From Epithemia pelagica (lineage: Eukaryota > Protista > Bacillariophyta), in assembly GCA_946965045.2 (NCBI GenBank), contig OX337241.1, forward strand, positions 3,122,671-3,186,670: DNA of 64,000 bases, written 5' to 3'. Below the pieces are notes generated by a model. That model made no database searches, had not been told where the DNA came from, and saw only the letters and a list, made by a program, of their open reading frames with translations. Made by a program: the position numbers and the translations under genes. Each line of letters starts with the position of its first letter. Within the stretch, counting starts at the first letter, position 1. Of this stretch, positions 1-11,531 are shown in pieces.

Positions 1-131
1 TTCGTCGACTCTGTGAGCAGAATCCCAGTGGATGGTAACATTCTATGGAAGGAATGGGTATCTGAGATGCTGATATCTCACCCTTCTCCACCATGATATC
101 AGGCCATAAACGAGCAAGGCCCAGAGTATGA
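1..131 (+). pseudogene. 3' end of a kelch-array paralog (K0), with the tail interrupted by stops
   Basis: The frame starting at base 3 reads RRLCEQNPSGW*HSMEGMGI*DADISPFSTMISGHKRARPRV*, matching paralog tails (RRLCEQQSNGWYHSLEGMGIRDADISPF). Stops are TAA 36-38 and TGA 63-65. The upstream part lies outside the window. Confidence 0.85.
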
Positions 132-854
132 CATTGCTAATAACTATCGAGATACCATGAACACCGCTTTACTAGTAGAAAATGAAATGTCACAGTGCCG
201 TCTGGAATGACATAATAGCTGTCCCTCGCAAAAAAGGAGTGGAGCCAGGCTAATGGGTGCATACACAAAATGGTACCAGGCGTCTCTCCTGTTTAATGCG
301 TGGAGTTATCTGGCTGTCGAAGATGATGGTTGTGCGCCTGAAACACTCTAGTCGGAACCATCAATACCAAACAACGCCAACATCTACAAACATGCCAGCG
401 ACACGCGTGCTTCTTCTCGGCTGTTGTAAAGAAGGCAGAGCGACTCGTCGGACGATGGTCTTGGATCTCGCCATGCGTCAGTTTGTAGGCCCGGTCCTTC
501 TATTATTACGAAATTTGTGAATTCTTTGGAATTTTTGCCTCGATATTTTCTCCAATACAGCAACTATACTTTTTCATCAGGTCAGCAATTTGCTTGCGTC
601 GATCCAGCAATCAGTCTCTCCGTAGTGGCTCGTTGACAGTCCATGGGTATCGGTCCATGGATATCTACGAGAACAATCGCAGTACGCAAAGTTATGTCTT
701 GCCCCTCAATGCCAGTTCCACCGAAACCTTGTTGCACGCCTACAGCACTGTCAAACAGCACTGTTGGACATGGACCACTACAACGTTTGTGCCTCGTACA
801 GCACCCACACAACCACGACCCGCGCCGATCATGTCTTGGCTGTCGTCTAACAGC

Positions 855-985
855 AGTGTTGGACCTCGATCACTACCACAGTTGAGTCTCGTACCGAACT
901 CAGTAGTACCAACAACGAAAGTGTTGGACCTCGATCACTACCACAGTTGAGCCTCGTAGCGAACTCTGCAGTACTAACCACAAAA
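855..985. repeat. About 65-bp tandem duplication
   Basis: AGTGTTGGACCTCGATCACTACCACAGTTGAG occurs at 855 and 920. The paralogous spacer near 26625 has one copy. Confidence 0.8.
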
Positions 986-1465
986 CCACGACCACGAACG
1001 GCGTCGATCATGTCTTGTCTGTCGTCTAATCGAACTTGTTGTTGTTCTTCTTCTTGTTCGCTGGATTCTGGTTGGTTTTGCTGCCTTGTCGTTCCACACC
1101 AACATCCAGTTTGAATCTTTGTCTGTAGACTTGCAAGGGCGATGCGACCCTTTCCCATGTTCAGTTCTTCACTACTCCAATCAGACGCGTCGGGAGGGAG
1201 TTGAATAGCGTTCCATACTTCAATCCAAAGTACTGCGCTCCTCGTCACCGGCGCGACTACCTCCAATGGGGCGACTTGGTGATCGATTCAGGTCCTCATG
1301 TTGTCATGTCGAGAAAGGGTCCACAATAATTGGCGTCCAGACTGCCATGCGATGCCACAACACAAAGAGATATGCGTGGTCTTGTTGTTGGCGTTAATCC
1401 TGATTTACTAGTTGGTCGGTAATGGAGGAGGATTTTCGTTCCACGAAAGACACAGGAATGGCTCG

Positions 1466-1527
1466 CAGGCGCGCCGACCGAGACGAACCCTTTCACTCTA
1501 TCTCACAGGCGCGCCGACCGAGACGAG
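1466..1527. repeat. Short direct repeat, period 41
   Basis: CAGGCGCGCCGACCGAGACGA occurs twice; the paralog near 18585 has a single copy. Confidence 0.75.
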
Positions 1528-2485
1528 CAGTTCCACTCTTTCCTCTATTCGAAAAAGGAGAGGACAATTGACAATTGCTCTCGTCGCCAAGACGACCACT
1601 CTACAATAGAACCTACTGCCACCCTCCATGGGAAACCATGGAATCGTTCGTTACGAGCAATTTATGAGACTTTGCCAGTGACGAGGCATGTACGTCTCTT
1701 CTTCCTTTTCTTGGTGAAAGACTACGAAGATTGTCGCAAGGAAAAATACCAACCATATAAAGGCGCTTTGAATGAAATGGAACAAGGGAGAACAACAACG
1801 ACCATTCCACAAAAGCGGTAGCATCGAGGATGCAGACATGTTGACGATGCGTCATTCCTCATCCACAAAACTCCCTCTGCAAGCTTGTCTGCCTCCCCAA
1901 GACCCCACATTGATGCTGGTGGTGTACAACCGTTGTTGGTGAGACTCTCTCGATCAACCAAGTGACCCCTCCAGTTTGTCTTCTTCCCAACAAAATCCTA
2001 ACGCTACATGAGCAACAAGAAAAGAACCCGAGCGATCCACCATGGGCCAAAACAAACAGGGTGATATCGAGTACTCTTCTGATTTACCGCATTCATCCTC
2101 AAAAAGATCAGCAATGATGGGTACATGGAATCTCGTGTTTCGTGTAAACAATATCACCATCCCATGGGTCCCTTTGTACGAAGAGTAGTTGCGGTTATTG
2201 GAAGCAGAGGCTCGACACGTAGGATTGGAACGAGATCCTCTAGTCACGAGCACCCACCAAAAACGAAGAATCTATGGATGCAAAACACAGGGATAGAGAA
2301 AAAAAGATCGGAGCCATATACATACCAGTGGTTCTGTGTCGTTACTTTCGGTATCCAAAAACTTCTCCATGCATGGTCTGCGACTGTCACGATTTTTCTC
2401 TATCCATCGATTTCGGCAAGTCAGTCGTGCTTCCAGTCGGCACCCATCAGAATCACAGGAGCAAAGCAAACAGTATCTCGATCCT

Positions 2486-2500
2486 CATAAATTCCGCAGT
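2486..2500 (+). promoter_or_regulatory. Class I conserved upstream motif of kelch genes (CATAAATTC..GCAGT)
   Basis: The same motif lies about 15-20 bp before the ATG of K1 (2486), K5 (21189), K7 (28649), K8 (32930, TATAAAATTCGCTGCAGT) and K9 (41187). A function is inferred only from conservation. Confidence 0.45.
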
Positions 2501-2515
2501 CAAACGTTTGGAACC

Positions 2516-3688
2516 ATGCCGACGACATTGAAAGAACAAGCATGGCAATCGGACCTTGTCCTACCGGACGACACAGCAGAATGGAATGAAAACGACTGGC
2601 CTCCTATTGCGGGTAGAGGTCATGCTTCCGTCGTGCTTGATCATCACGATAAAGACAATAACAATAACAGCAACAACAAGAGACAGACGGTCGTCGTGAT
2701 GGGAGGAATTCAACAACGCCGAGGCTATGTCAATTCCATTCTTGTATTGAATCTAGCAGAATACAATAAGCAGTGGCGAGAAGGGCCACCCATGAACAAG
2801 AAACGTTATGGACATGCTGCTGTCGTGTGCAATGGCGGCGTCTACGTTATGGGTGGAGACCAAAGAGTCGGCGAATCTTTGGATTGTATCGAACGAATCG
2901 ACGTCAGTGAATTGCTGCAATCATGTTCTACATCAAGCTTCACACACGAGAGCCATTGGGCGACATTAACTTGTCGATTATCAACAGGGCGATGGGGATG
3001 TGGTGCTGTTGCAGTTCACAACCGATACATCGTTGTAGTGGGTGGCTACAGCAATCGTTCTTTGTCGTCTGTGGATATTATTGATACCAGGAACCACACT
3101 GTCATTGCAGGACCATCCATGACAGTTCCTCGATCAATTTGTTCCAGTGCGGTCATTGGACACCGCATCTTTGTCGTTGGAGGCCAAAACGGTGACGATG
3201 AACATGCTTCGGTGGAGTATTTGGACTTTGCAGAGGAGAGAAAAGTCGACTCTTTGACGACAGCCATTTCCTTCTCACCCACCTGGATCACTCATTCGGA
3301 GTTGGTGCTTTCCAATGCACGAATTTCTTTTGCAATGGTAGCCGTGGGATCTTGTCTGGTGGTGGTGGGAGGATCTCGCAATTCAACCGTCGAAGTCGTG
3401 GATACGCACCGCAAGCACGTTTGGAATCTCCCACCATTCCTCAATCACCGCAGTGACTGTAGTATGGTGACTGTTACCAACCAAGTTGCCGTGATTGGTG
3501 GATCTAGCAATCCTGCCTGTGCGACATTACCACTAGTGGACAAGAATTCGTGGTGTTTTCGACAACTCTGTAAGCAGCCTCGGATCGAATGGTATCATTG
3601 TCAAGAACGATCGGGTAACGGAGATGTCAATGTAACATCCCGCACCATCTCGACATCCACTCTTAAACGATTGAGGACCAATACATGA
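2516..3688 (+). CDS. Kelch-repeat beta-propeller protein K1 (6 blades, no BTB/F-box)
   Basis: Six kelch motifs (GG dipeptides VMGG/VVGG/VIGG; W-x-x-G-P-x-M-x-x-x-R-x-x-H/C). The start is placed at ATG 2516 (MPTTLKEQAWQS) by homology with all paralogs. Confidence 0.92.
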   Translation: MPTTLKEQAWQSDLVLPDDTAEWNENDWPPIAGRGHASVVLDHHDKDNNNNSNNKRQTVVVMGGIQQRRGYVNSILVLNLAEYNKQWREGPPMNKKRYGHAAVVCNGGVYVMGGDQRVGESLDCIERIDVSELLQSCSTSSFTHESHWATLTCRLSTGRWGCGAVAVHNRYIVVVGGYSNRSLSSVDIIDTRNHTVIAGPSMTVPRSICSSAVIGHRIFVVGGQNGDDEHASVEYLDFAEERKVDSLTTAISFSPTWITHSELVLSNARISFAMVAVGSCLVVVGGSRNSTVEVVDTHRKHVWNLPPFLNHRSDCSMVTVTNQVAVIGGSSNPACATLPLVDKNSWCFRQLCKQPRIEWYHCQERSGNGDVNVTSRTISTSTLKRLRTNT

Positions 3689-5654
3689 TAGAGGATGGTA
3701 CTTGAGAAATGTGCAACAAGTTGCACGGCCATAAGCCCGGCAACTATATCATGGCCATAATACTCTCGAACAAAACAGGAGATCGTATCCATCCTAAGTT
3801 ACGTTGTGAGTTATATAAGTTAATGAAGTGAATCATATATCTAAGAGCAATTTCTTGTGTGTTTTGAACGCATTCACCTGTCACAGTCACTCTTGGGTGG
3901 ATGGCCATGGTATCATTCCTCTCTGTGCTGTTGAATATTCTCTGGTCTTGATCAGAATGAATCATCTCTCAATGGAAGATGAAGTTCTTTCCTAGTCTCG
4001 TTGGATTCTTTGAACATGGAAAGACCGACCCGACTTGTGTCTCTACCAGAGATGGCACATAAGGAACAAGTGACGTCTCGACCATGACCTAAAAGTTGTA
4101 GGACGCAGTCGGTGGGGCCATGGATTGGTAGCAACGGCTGGATCCGACAGCCAACACAGTTTGTCTATGTTTTGCTTTCCGTTGCGAGCGCAACAGTGCA
4201 AACTCTACTTCCCCTGTTGTAGGCAAAACATGTTTATCGTGAGTCGTCGTCGATTCCTCTTTCTTGGTGTCAATGTCTCGTTGTGGAGCAACCAATCCGT
4301 CGACGCGGTACAAATATTGGTGGTGTGCTACAATTCCCAAGACTGTGCTTCTGGTGAACCTTGTTCCAACGAGGCACCTGTTTTGGAAGTCGTCATTTGA
4401 TCCACCCATTGTGATGATGATGCATCGATCGACCTGTTGTGCAAGCGACGATTGTTCTTCTTGGTGTTTGGCTGCTATTGGTGGATCAGGAGTTGTGATT
4501 TTTCACTTCTTGTCGTGATCCTTGTTGAAAGAGACGGGCGATTGTTCTAGTTGGGTGTTGTTTGGATGGTCAAGGCGATTCTTGTTGTCACTGTTGTCCA
4601 CGTCTGATTGTTCTTTGTAGAAATCGAGCATGGGTGGTTGCTACTTCTGTACTTTTGTTTTATTATTGGGCGTGGAAGTGGGGAAACCGACAAGTTTTAC
4701 ACCACCGCTCCACCACGGTAATATTTGTACCTCGAACTAAGCAGCAGACTCAGCAAGCGACAAAAAGCACAAGAGAGGCCCCTACAATGCCTTGTCACGA
4801 GCAGGACAGGAATGATGATTGATTGTTCATTGTCAAGTCTGGTTTCTCTTAGTTGTCGTGAAAGCTTCATCTAGTTTCACTCTTTTTGGCTGGAGGTCGT
4901 TTTGACATAACAAAACTCTTGTACGTTCTCGACGCCACAGGTGGATCCAAGCAACGACTCATCCGGTCCACTTTTTGCTCGTTGAACTCTTGTGGTTTTT
5001 AATCGAGACGACAACGTCACCTATTGACAAATGTAGCACTGGTCCTTACACCCACCTTGGCGGACGGAGGCCATTGACCGCGTCTGCCACAATCAATGGA
5101 CCACATGCGCGAGCAATACTGACCACCGGCCAAGACGGCACGAGACGGTTTTGCCTCTCCAACAATGATGATTGATATAATGACATTGGGGACCAACCTT
5201 TGCGGTCCAACCACATCCACGTGACATTCTGGAAAGCGGTCCAAAGAAGACGAATGCAGGCGTCTGCTGCGAGCTAATGCAACACCTCGTGAGCGCCATG
5301 ATGGGATGCTGAATGACATGTTTCTTCTGGCCCATCATGTCGTCAGATTCTTGCTTTTGTGTGATTGTCCTTGTGGCCTTGGTTCCTTGACTTAAACCCG
5401 ATGAGTGATGCCCATTCGAATCATTGATCAAGAAGTCAATAAGACCACTCTCTCTTTTGTTGTTGTTGTTGTTGTTGTCGTTGTCGTTGTGAACTTGACC
5501 AAGGAAAGAATGGTGTTGCTCCATAAATGGCGTGGGACGAGATGACTTGGAAATTAGGGATTGTCGATCTGATGAATAGGACCTCTTCATCACAAATGAC
5601 GCTCTCTCTTTCTCCCTCGTCGTCGTATCTTTTACAGTAAAAGATACGTCATGT

Positions 5655-5701
5655 AATCTATGTGCGACTGAATGCCATTCATCGTACGCAGGACAGGCAC
5701 A
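5655..5701 (+). promoter_or_regulatory. Class II conserved upstream block of kelch genes (AATCTATGTGCGAYTGA...TCGTACGCAGGACAGGCACA)
   Basis: Found about 90-170 bp upstream of K2, K3 (about 14270), K6 (about 24510) and K10 (about 44656); partly duplicated before K2 (about 5712). It is absent before class I genes. Confidence 0.4.
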
Positions 5702-5792
5702 CCTTTCCTGTAATCTATGTGCGATTGACTGCCCGTGGAAGCTCTCGCTGCGAAAGCTTTCCCATTCCACGCGTTGCTCAATTGCCGTGACC

Positions 5793-6980
5793 ATGACAAC
5801 GACACTGCAAAAGCAAGCATGGCAGTCGGGCCTTGTCCTGTTAGACGAGACACCTGAATGGAATTTCGAGGACTGGCCTTCTCTTGAGGGTGGATGTCGT
5901 GAAGCACATGCTACGGTCGTACTTTATCATACCGATAACAACAAGGAACAAACCGTCGTCGTGTTGGGTGGATATCGAATAGGTCAAGGCGAGGAGCTCG
6001 ATTCGGTTCTTGTATTAAATTTGGCAGACCCAAACAAGCAGTGGCGCGTGGGACCACCCATGAACAAGAAACGTGTTCGACATGCCGCTGTTGTGTGCAA
6101 CGGTGGCATCTACGTTGTGGGAGGAAACGCCGGCTATTCAAGGTGGGATTGCATGGAACGCATTAATGCTAATGATTTACTGCAATCATCTTGGACATCA
6201 AGCAGTACTCAGAAGAGCCATTGGACGACATTGAATTGTCGATTATCAACGGAACGATCAGGATGTGGTGCTGTTGCTGTTCATAACCGATACATCGTTG
6301 TAATGGCTGGATGCAACGGTCGCTATTTGTCGTCGGTGGATATTATTGATACCCGCAACCACGCTGTTACAGCAGGACCAAGCATGAGTGTTCCTCGACA
6401 ATTATGTGCCAGTGCGGTCATTGGACACCGCATTTTTGTCGTCGGAGGTTGGATTGAACATGGCCGTGTTGACTCGGTGGAGTATTTGAACTATGCAGCA
6501 CCCTGTGAGAATGATGAGACAACAAAGGAGATTGCTTTCTCCTTGTCTGGCTGGAAGACTCATTCGGATCTGGTACTTTCTGACGAACGATATCAATGTA
6601 CAGTGGCTGTCGTGGGATCCTGTCTGGTTGTGGCCGGAGGAGACAGTGCAACCGTGGAAATCTTGGATACGAACCGCAACCGCGTGTGGAATCTCCCACA
6701 ATTCGTGAATCACAACATTGGCGGCAGTATGGTCACTGTTGCCAATCAAATTGCCATGATTGCTGGATTTGAGAATCCTACCTGTGCGACATTCCCATTA
6801 ATGGACAAGAATACATGGTGTTTTTGTCAACTCTGTGAGCAGCAGCAGCCCAGCGGATGGTATCATTCTCTGCAAGGAATGGGTTACCGAGTTGCTGATA
6901 TTTTGCCATGTTTGACCTCGACATCAGCTCGTAAACGAGCAAGGAAGAATACGCGCCAAAATGAGAAAGGGTCTGATTAA
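5793..6980 (+). CDS. Kelch-repeat protein K2
   Basis: ATG 5793 (MTTTLQKQAWQS; the ORF track start 5787 is GTG). Six kelch motifs and a basic tail SARKRAR. Confidence 0.92.
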   Translation: MTTTLQKQAWQSGLVLLDETPEWNFEDWPSLEGGCREAHATVVLYHTDNNKEQTVVVLGGYRIGQGEELDSVLVLNLADPNKQWRVGPPMNKKRVRHAAVVCNGGIYVVGGNAGYSRWDCMERINANDLLQSSWTSSSTQKSHWTTLNCRLSTERSGCGAVAVHNRYIVVMAGCNGRYLSSVDIIDTRNHAVTAGPSMSVPRQLCASAVIGHRIFVVGGWIEHGRVDSVEYLNYAAPCENDETTKEIAFSLSGWKTHSDLVLSDERYQCTVAVVGSCLVVAGGDSATVEILDTNRNRVWNLPQFVNHNIGGSMVTVANQIAMIAGFENPTCATFPLMDKNTWCFCQLCEQQQPSGWYHSLQGMGYRVADILPCLTSTSARKRARKNTRQNEKGSD

Positions 6981-7098
6981 GCATAGCCATTTAGTTCTCG
7001 AGTGGTTGACTCATTTTCTACATTCAATTGCAATCCTATTAGGACCTACAAAGTGTTTTCTCAAAAGTAGAAAGAACATGTTGCAAGATAGGGGGTAC

Positions 7099-7544
7099 TG
7101 TTGTTTTTCACTACTGTCGAGTAACGAAAAAGAGCTCTTTTGCAAAATTGTGTGTTTCTAGATTATCGTGTGCAAGCTATGAATCGCTCCTGCTCATGCG
7201 TTGAGCGTTGACTCGTAGATTGGTGCGTTGATCGACCAAATTGGCGGTCCCAATTGTTTATGGACGACCTTGCTGAGATTCATGGCTCCCTAAGTGGCGT
7301 CCGCTTACTTAGGAGCCAGTACCGTTATTACTCTGGCCATGGGAGTCGTTGTTTAGAGCGGCATGAGTGTTACATAGCCGTCGTCCAAATCCCATGTTGA
7401 GATGCGTCGTTTGTCTTTGTTGATTTGTGATTTGTGCGAGGCGGCGGTTCAATGATGCGTTGGGCGTGTTGTGTCATGGGAATTCTGTCTCTGTCCCCAT
7501 TGTCCCCCACGTGTAGTTATGCCCTTGCGTACAGTATTTGAACA
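7099..7544 (-). repeat. 3' LTR of Copia-1
   Basis: Same sequence as 12920-13365; preceded on the minus strand by the PPT GTGAGGGAG (plus strand 7545-7553). Confidence 0.96.
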
Positions 7545-7580
7545 CTCCCTCACAGAGCGGTATTGTCAGGACTACCAGGA

Positions 7581-10500
7581 CTACCAGCCCATGATAGATT
7601 TGCGATGTCGCTCGAACGTATCCTTGTCCAAGGCTTTGGTAAAGATGTCGGCAGTTTGTAGCTCAGTATCACATGGTAGTATTGTGATCTGTTTCTGTTC
7701 CACATATTCTTTGAAGTGGAAGAGTTTTGTACACAGATAGCGTGTTCGAGGACGATATTTGTGGACGGTTGCTAATTCGAACGCTCCATTGTTGTCCTCA
7801 AACGCTCGGCAATGCACTCTTGGTTGCGTCGATATGACCTTGTATCCCCGCGTTTTCATTTCTTTGGTGATATGCATCAGTGGGATAACCGTCCGTAGTG
7901 ACGTCGACAGACTAATGATCTCGGCCTCGGTTGTGGAAAGAGCAATCTCAGTCTGTAATTTAGAAGCCCACACAATAGGGCAGCCCCCGTAGAAGATGAT
8001 ATAGCCGGTACGAGATTGTGCCATATCCGTCCTGGGCATATCAGTTTTGTTGAAGTTCCCACAAAAATCCGCATCGGCATAGACATCGAAGTTGGCATCT
8101 TCTTGTGGATTCAGTAGTATGCCGAGAGTACGAGTCGACGCAAGATAGCGTCCGATTTGCTTGACTGCTCTTCCGTGTATTTGCTTTGGATTTGCTGCAA
8201 ATCTCGCGCATTGGTGCACGGCATACGAAATGTCCGGTCGTGTACTCTTCTCGAGAAAGTTCAACTTCCCAATCACAGAGCGATAATGGAAGTGTCCGTC
8301 GAATGGGTCACCGTCGTCGTCTGAGCGCATCTTTACTGTACTTGCTGCTGGTATGTCTTTTCCTTGGGCGTCCTCCGGCAATCGTAAGTCATCGAGAATC
8401 GAATCAATTAGTCGTGTCTGGGATAGGTGCATCTGACCCGATTCCTGTTTTGTGATATGGACCCCTAAGAAATCTTCAACCCCGTCTTCATATGTCATCT
8501 TAAGCCCGATCTCTTCTAACTTGGCGATGATGCGATTCAGTTCTTCTGGATCCGGCCCTGTAAGGATTGAGTCATCTGTATACAATATGTATATGCTTTG
8601 GCCGTGATAAAACAGGCATTCGTCATGAGAGCTTTGTGTGAATCCTGCCTTCTCGAGCTGTTGTACCAGATGTTTGTTCCATACACGTGCTGCTTGCTTC
8701 TGTCCGTAGTAATTACGCCGAATTTTGAGTACATAGTCTTCAGCCTTTTGTTCACCCTTAGTGTCGAAGGTAAAAGCCTTTGGAGCCTCCATGTACATAT
8801 CCGTCTCGGCCATTGCTTGGGTGTACGCTAGGACGTAGTCGACCTGTTTAATAGCCCATCCTTGCGCCAGAGCGGTAGTTAGAACATATCGTACAACAGG
8901 CCATTGGACAACAGGGGCATAGGTCTCCCAATAGTTGACCCCCTTTGTTTGTCCGGAACCATCAAAAGCTAGTCGTGATTTCCACTTGTAAATTTCCCCG
9001 GTCTCTAGCCTGCGCTTCCGCATGCAGCTCCAGACAGCGCGAGTAATATAGCTACCGGGAGGAATGTCTTTTTGGCGTACGATCTCCCACAATCCATTTT
9101 CCGTGTGATCTCTGACTTCCTTTTGTGCGGCCTTGATAAATTCGTGGCGATCTGGTTGTTGCATGGCTTCGTGCCAATACATAACGTCAGGATTCTTCTG
9201 TGCTTGCGCCGTCATGCTCACGATGCCTGGGAGAGCAATAGCTAGTTCCCCCAATGGATTTAGGTCGTCGCCGAGTTCTGCCATGTATTCTTGATATCGT
9301 GTTGTCGGTCTTGGCTCCCTTTGTGACCGTCGGAGACCAGCTCCCTCATGCACGGGGATATTTGGTACTACATCTCCCTCATCGTCTCTTGTCGGTGTAG
9401 CCTGATCTTGGTCCACTATCTCCTCGTTATTGTCTACCTCCCTCATGGGTGCGTCTAGATTGATAGCTTTTGCTCGTTTGGGTCGTGCTGTTCCGCTCGT
9501 CCGTTTGCTGAATCCCGCGCGCTGTTGCCAATAAGAGATTGGTTGGGCTTCTCCAAAACTACGACGGATAGTCTCAAAGTTGTCGTCATAGTGCACATGG
9601 AACTGTGGTGACGATAGGCCTGATGAAAGGGACAAAATAAGCCCAACCGTCCTTGCATGTTGCGCCGAGTAACCCAGGAAGATACCAACCCGCGATCGTT
9701 CGGACCACTTCGGTAGGCCCTTTCCAGCTTGAAGTTCATTATCCAGCACATAACTTGGGCATCCGAAGGTATGTGCATTTCGGATGTTGAATCGCACAGG
9801 GGAACCGGAGAAGAGTTCAATCGGTGTCTTGTCTTTATGTTTCTTCAAAGGAGCTTCGTTAAACATGTCTGAAGCATACCGAACGGCATACGGCCATAGG
9901 TTCGTTGTGATTGCTGTGGGCCATCGTCGGTGTGCATGCAATAGCATAGTTCTTGCCGAGTCTTGTAGATCGCGTATCCGACGTTCGGCCATGCCACTCT
10001 GGAAATGAGCGTTGACGCCACTGAAAGTCAGTCGCTGGCCTTTGCTCGCGACTGCTTTTCTAAACTCGTTGTCTGCGAAAATCCCATTGTCGGCATGATA
10101 ATGCTGGATAGCTACCCCATGGGTTTCTGCCCATGACTCGAATCTCTCCTTAGCTTCAATAGTATCAGTAGCGGAGGTAGACCGCTGTAGATGTACATAG
10201 CCGATTCCCGAGAAGTGATCCACGAAAACAGTTGCAACGCGATATCGTTCTCGCGTGGGAGTACCGCGCATGTGTGCGATATAGCCAGGCGTATTCGAGA
10301 TGAGCTGGTCCACTGACACGCATTGACCGGGGCGCGTCATTGTATCTAAAGTTCCTTGCGATCCCTTGACTCGCCATGGTTTCTTCGTCGCTTTGCCGTA
10401 CAGGCATGCGGTGCATGCTGGAACTGCACATGATCCCAGTCGCCTTGGTAATGCTCCTTGGCGTGCCATGGTTTGGATCTTTGCCATTGATAAATGTCCG

Positions 10501-11531
10501 AGTCGATGGTGAGTGCGAAGGAGTTCAGCTGTTGGACTTTCATGCGGCACTTCTTCTTCGTTTGGTATCACATGCACCACTTTTTCCGTATCGAATAAAA
10601 AATCTGTCGTCAATGGCGTGTCTCGATGTGGAAAGTATTGCTCGTTGTGTTCGTCATCCATGTCCGTCCGGTCCTCGAGACTCCCTTCGTCGTCACTTGT
10701 TCTTGGTACGTTGTCTTCCTGTGTGGCGTCGTCATCGTCTTCGATCACATTTGCCTCACTAACAATCGGTGGATTGTTGTCATCTTCACAGATTTTACAA
10801 CAAAAGCTTTGGTAGTCGGTCATTCCGGTGGCCGTGGAGAACTCTCCCACATTGGTGCCTTGCCGATTCAACGGAATCGTTCGTTTGCTCGTTCCTTGGT
10901 TCCATTCCAGGGTAATTGTGTCGTCAGTGGTGATACATCGGGTGCCATGCGGCTTTGGTCGGTGATCCCGTGCCACTTGTGCCCAATGTTGCGGGGAAAG
11001 GAGTCGATGTGACGTGGATGGAATGTAGAATGACCCGGGGAGCACAATGCGGTATACTTGCCCATCGTCGTCTTCGATGTCCCATTTGATCGTCGTGGAG
11101 TACACCTCGGTCTTGTATAATCCAGCAATTCCCTTTATTTTGCGTTGAATTGGTGTTGGAGATGTCAGGCAATCGGTGATATCGTGGGTGATTGATGCTG
11201 TGGCACAGTTGTCGATGAAGAGAGGTTTGCTGTCCGAGTCAAATCGGACCGAATGCGCCTTGACCAATTTGCTTGCCACCGGAGCTGCGAGTATCGTGGT
11301 CATGCACAGTCCTTTCATGAGGCTCGAGTTCCACTGTTTTCGTCGTCTCCTCGTTGCTGGCGATCTTGGCCTTGGTCTATATCTGGGTGGTGGAATGGCT
11401 GCATCAAGTATTGCCAGGCTGTTGGCCATCATGGTCGATATCGTGGTCCATAAATAGTCGATCCATCTTGCATTCGTGGTTGGAGCAGTAGTAGTTGGAG
11501 CTTCATCATCATAACCTACTAGGACATACAA
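7581..11531 (-). CDS. pol: Copia-1 Pol (PR, integrase, RT, RNase H); no ATG of its own at the 5' end, in frame with gag
   Basis: PR LFIDNCAT; HHRLGH...CTAC zinc finger; integrase VSVDQ/HADNG/GMAERR; RT YTDD; RNase H YADADF/TEAE/FEDN/ADIFTK. The ORF-track start is TTG. Confidence 0.95.
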   Translation of the reverse strand: MYVLVGYDDEAPTTTAPTTNARWIDYLWTTISTMMANSLAILDAAIPPPRYRPRPRSPATRRRRKQWNSSLMKGLCMTTILAAPVASKLVKAHSVRFDSDSKPLFIDNCATASITHDITDCLTSPTPIQRKIKGIAGLYKTEVYSTTIKWDIEDDDGQVYRIVLPGSFYIPSTSHRLLSPQHWAQVARDHRPKPHGTRCITTDDTITLEWNQGTSKRTIPLNRQGTNVGEFSTATGMTDYQSFCCKICEDDNNPPIVSEANVIEDDDDATQEDNVPRTSDDEGSLEDRTDMDDEHNEQYFPHRDTPLTTDFLFDTEKVVHVIPNEEEVPHESPTAELLRTHHRLGHLSMAKIQTMARQGALPRRLGSCAVPACTACLYGKATKKPWRVKGSQGTLDTMTRPGQCVSVDQLISNTPGYIAHMRGTPTRERYRVATVFVDHFSGIGYVHLQRSTSATDTIEAKERFESWAETHGVAIQHYHADNGIFADNEFRKAVASKGQRLTFSGVNAHFQSGMAERRIRDLQDSARTMLLHAHRRWPTAITTNLWPYAVRYASDMFNEAPLKKHKDKTPIELFSGSPVRFNIRNAHTFGCPSYVLDNELQAGKGLPKWSERSRVGIFLGYSAQHARTVGLILSLSSGLSSPQFHVHYDDNFETIRRSFGEAQPISYWQQRAGFSKRTSGTARPKRAKAINLDAPMREVDNNEEIVDQDQATPTRDDEGDVVPNIPVHEGAGLRRSQREPRPTTRYQEYMAELGDDLNPLGELAIALPGIVSMTAQAQKNPDVMYWHEAMQQPDRHEFIKAAQKEVRDHTENGLWEIVRQKDIPPGSYITRAVWSCMRKRRLETGEIYKWKSRLAFDGSGQTKGVNYWETYAPVVQWPVVRYVLTTALAQGWAIKQVDYVLAYTQAMAETDMYMEAPKAFTFDTKGEQKAEDYVLKIRRNYYGQKQAARVWNKHLVQQLEKAGFTQSSHDECLFYHGQSIYILYTDDSILTGPDPEELNRIIAKLEEIGLKMTYEDGVEDFLGVHITKQESGQMHLSQTRLIDSILDDLRLPEDAQGKDIPAASTVKMRSDDDGDPFDGHFHYRSVIGKLNFLEKSTRPDISYAVHQCARFAANPKQIHGRAVKQIGRYLASTRTLGILLNPQEDANFDVYADADFCGNFNKTDMPRTDMAQSRTGYIIFYGGCPIVWASKLQTEIALSTTEAEIISLSTSLRTVIPLMHITKEMKTRGYKVISTQPRVHCRAFEDNNGAFELATVHKYRPRTRYLCTKLFHFKEYVEQKQITILPCDTELQTADIFTKALDKDTFERHRKSIMGW

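Noticed and set aside
2336-2515. N-terminal extensions of kelch ORFs in the ORF track (also 24388, 32950, 44546, 15785)
   Set aside because: They use GTG/TTG starts or run through spacer modules that are closed in other copies. Homology begins at M-x-x-x-LKEQAWQS.
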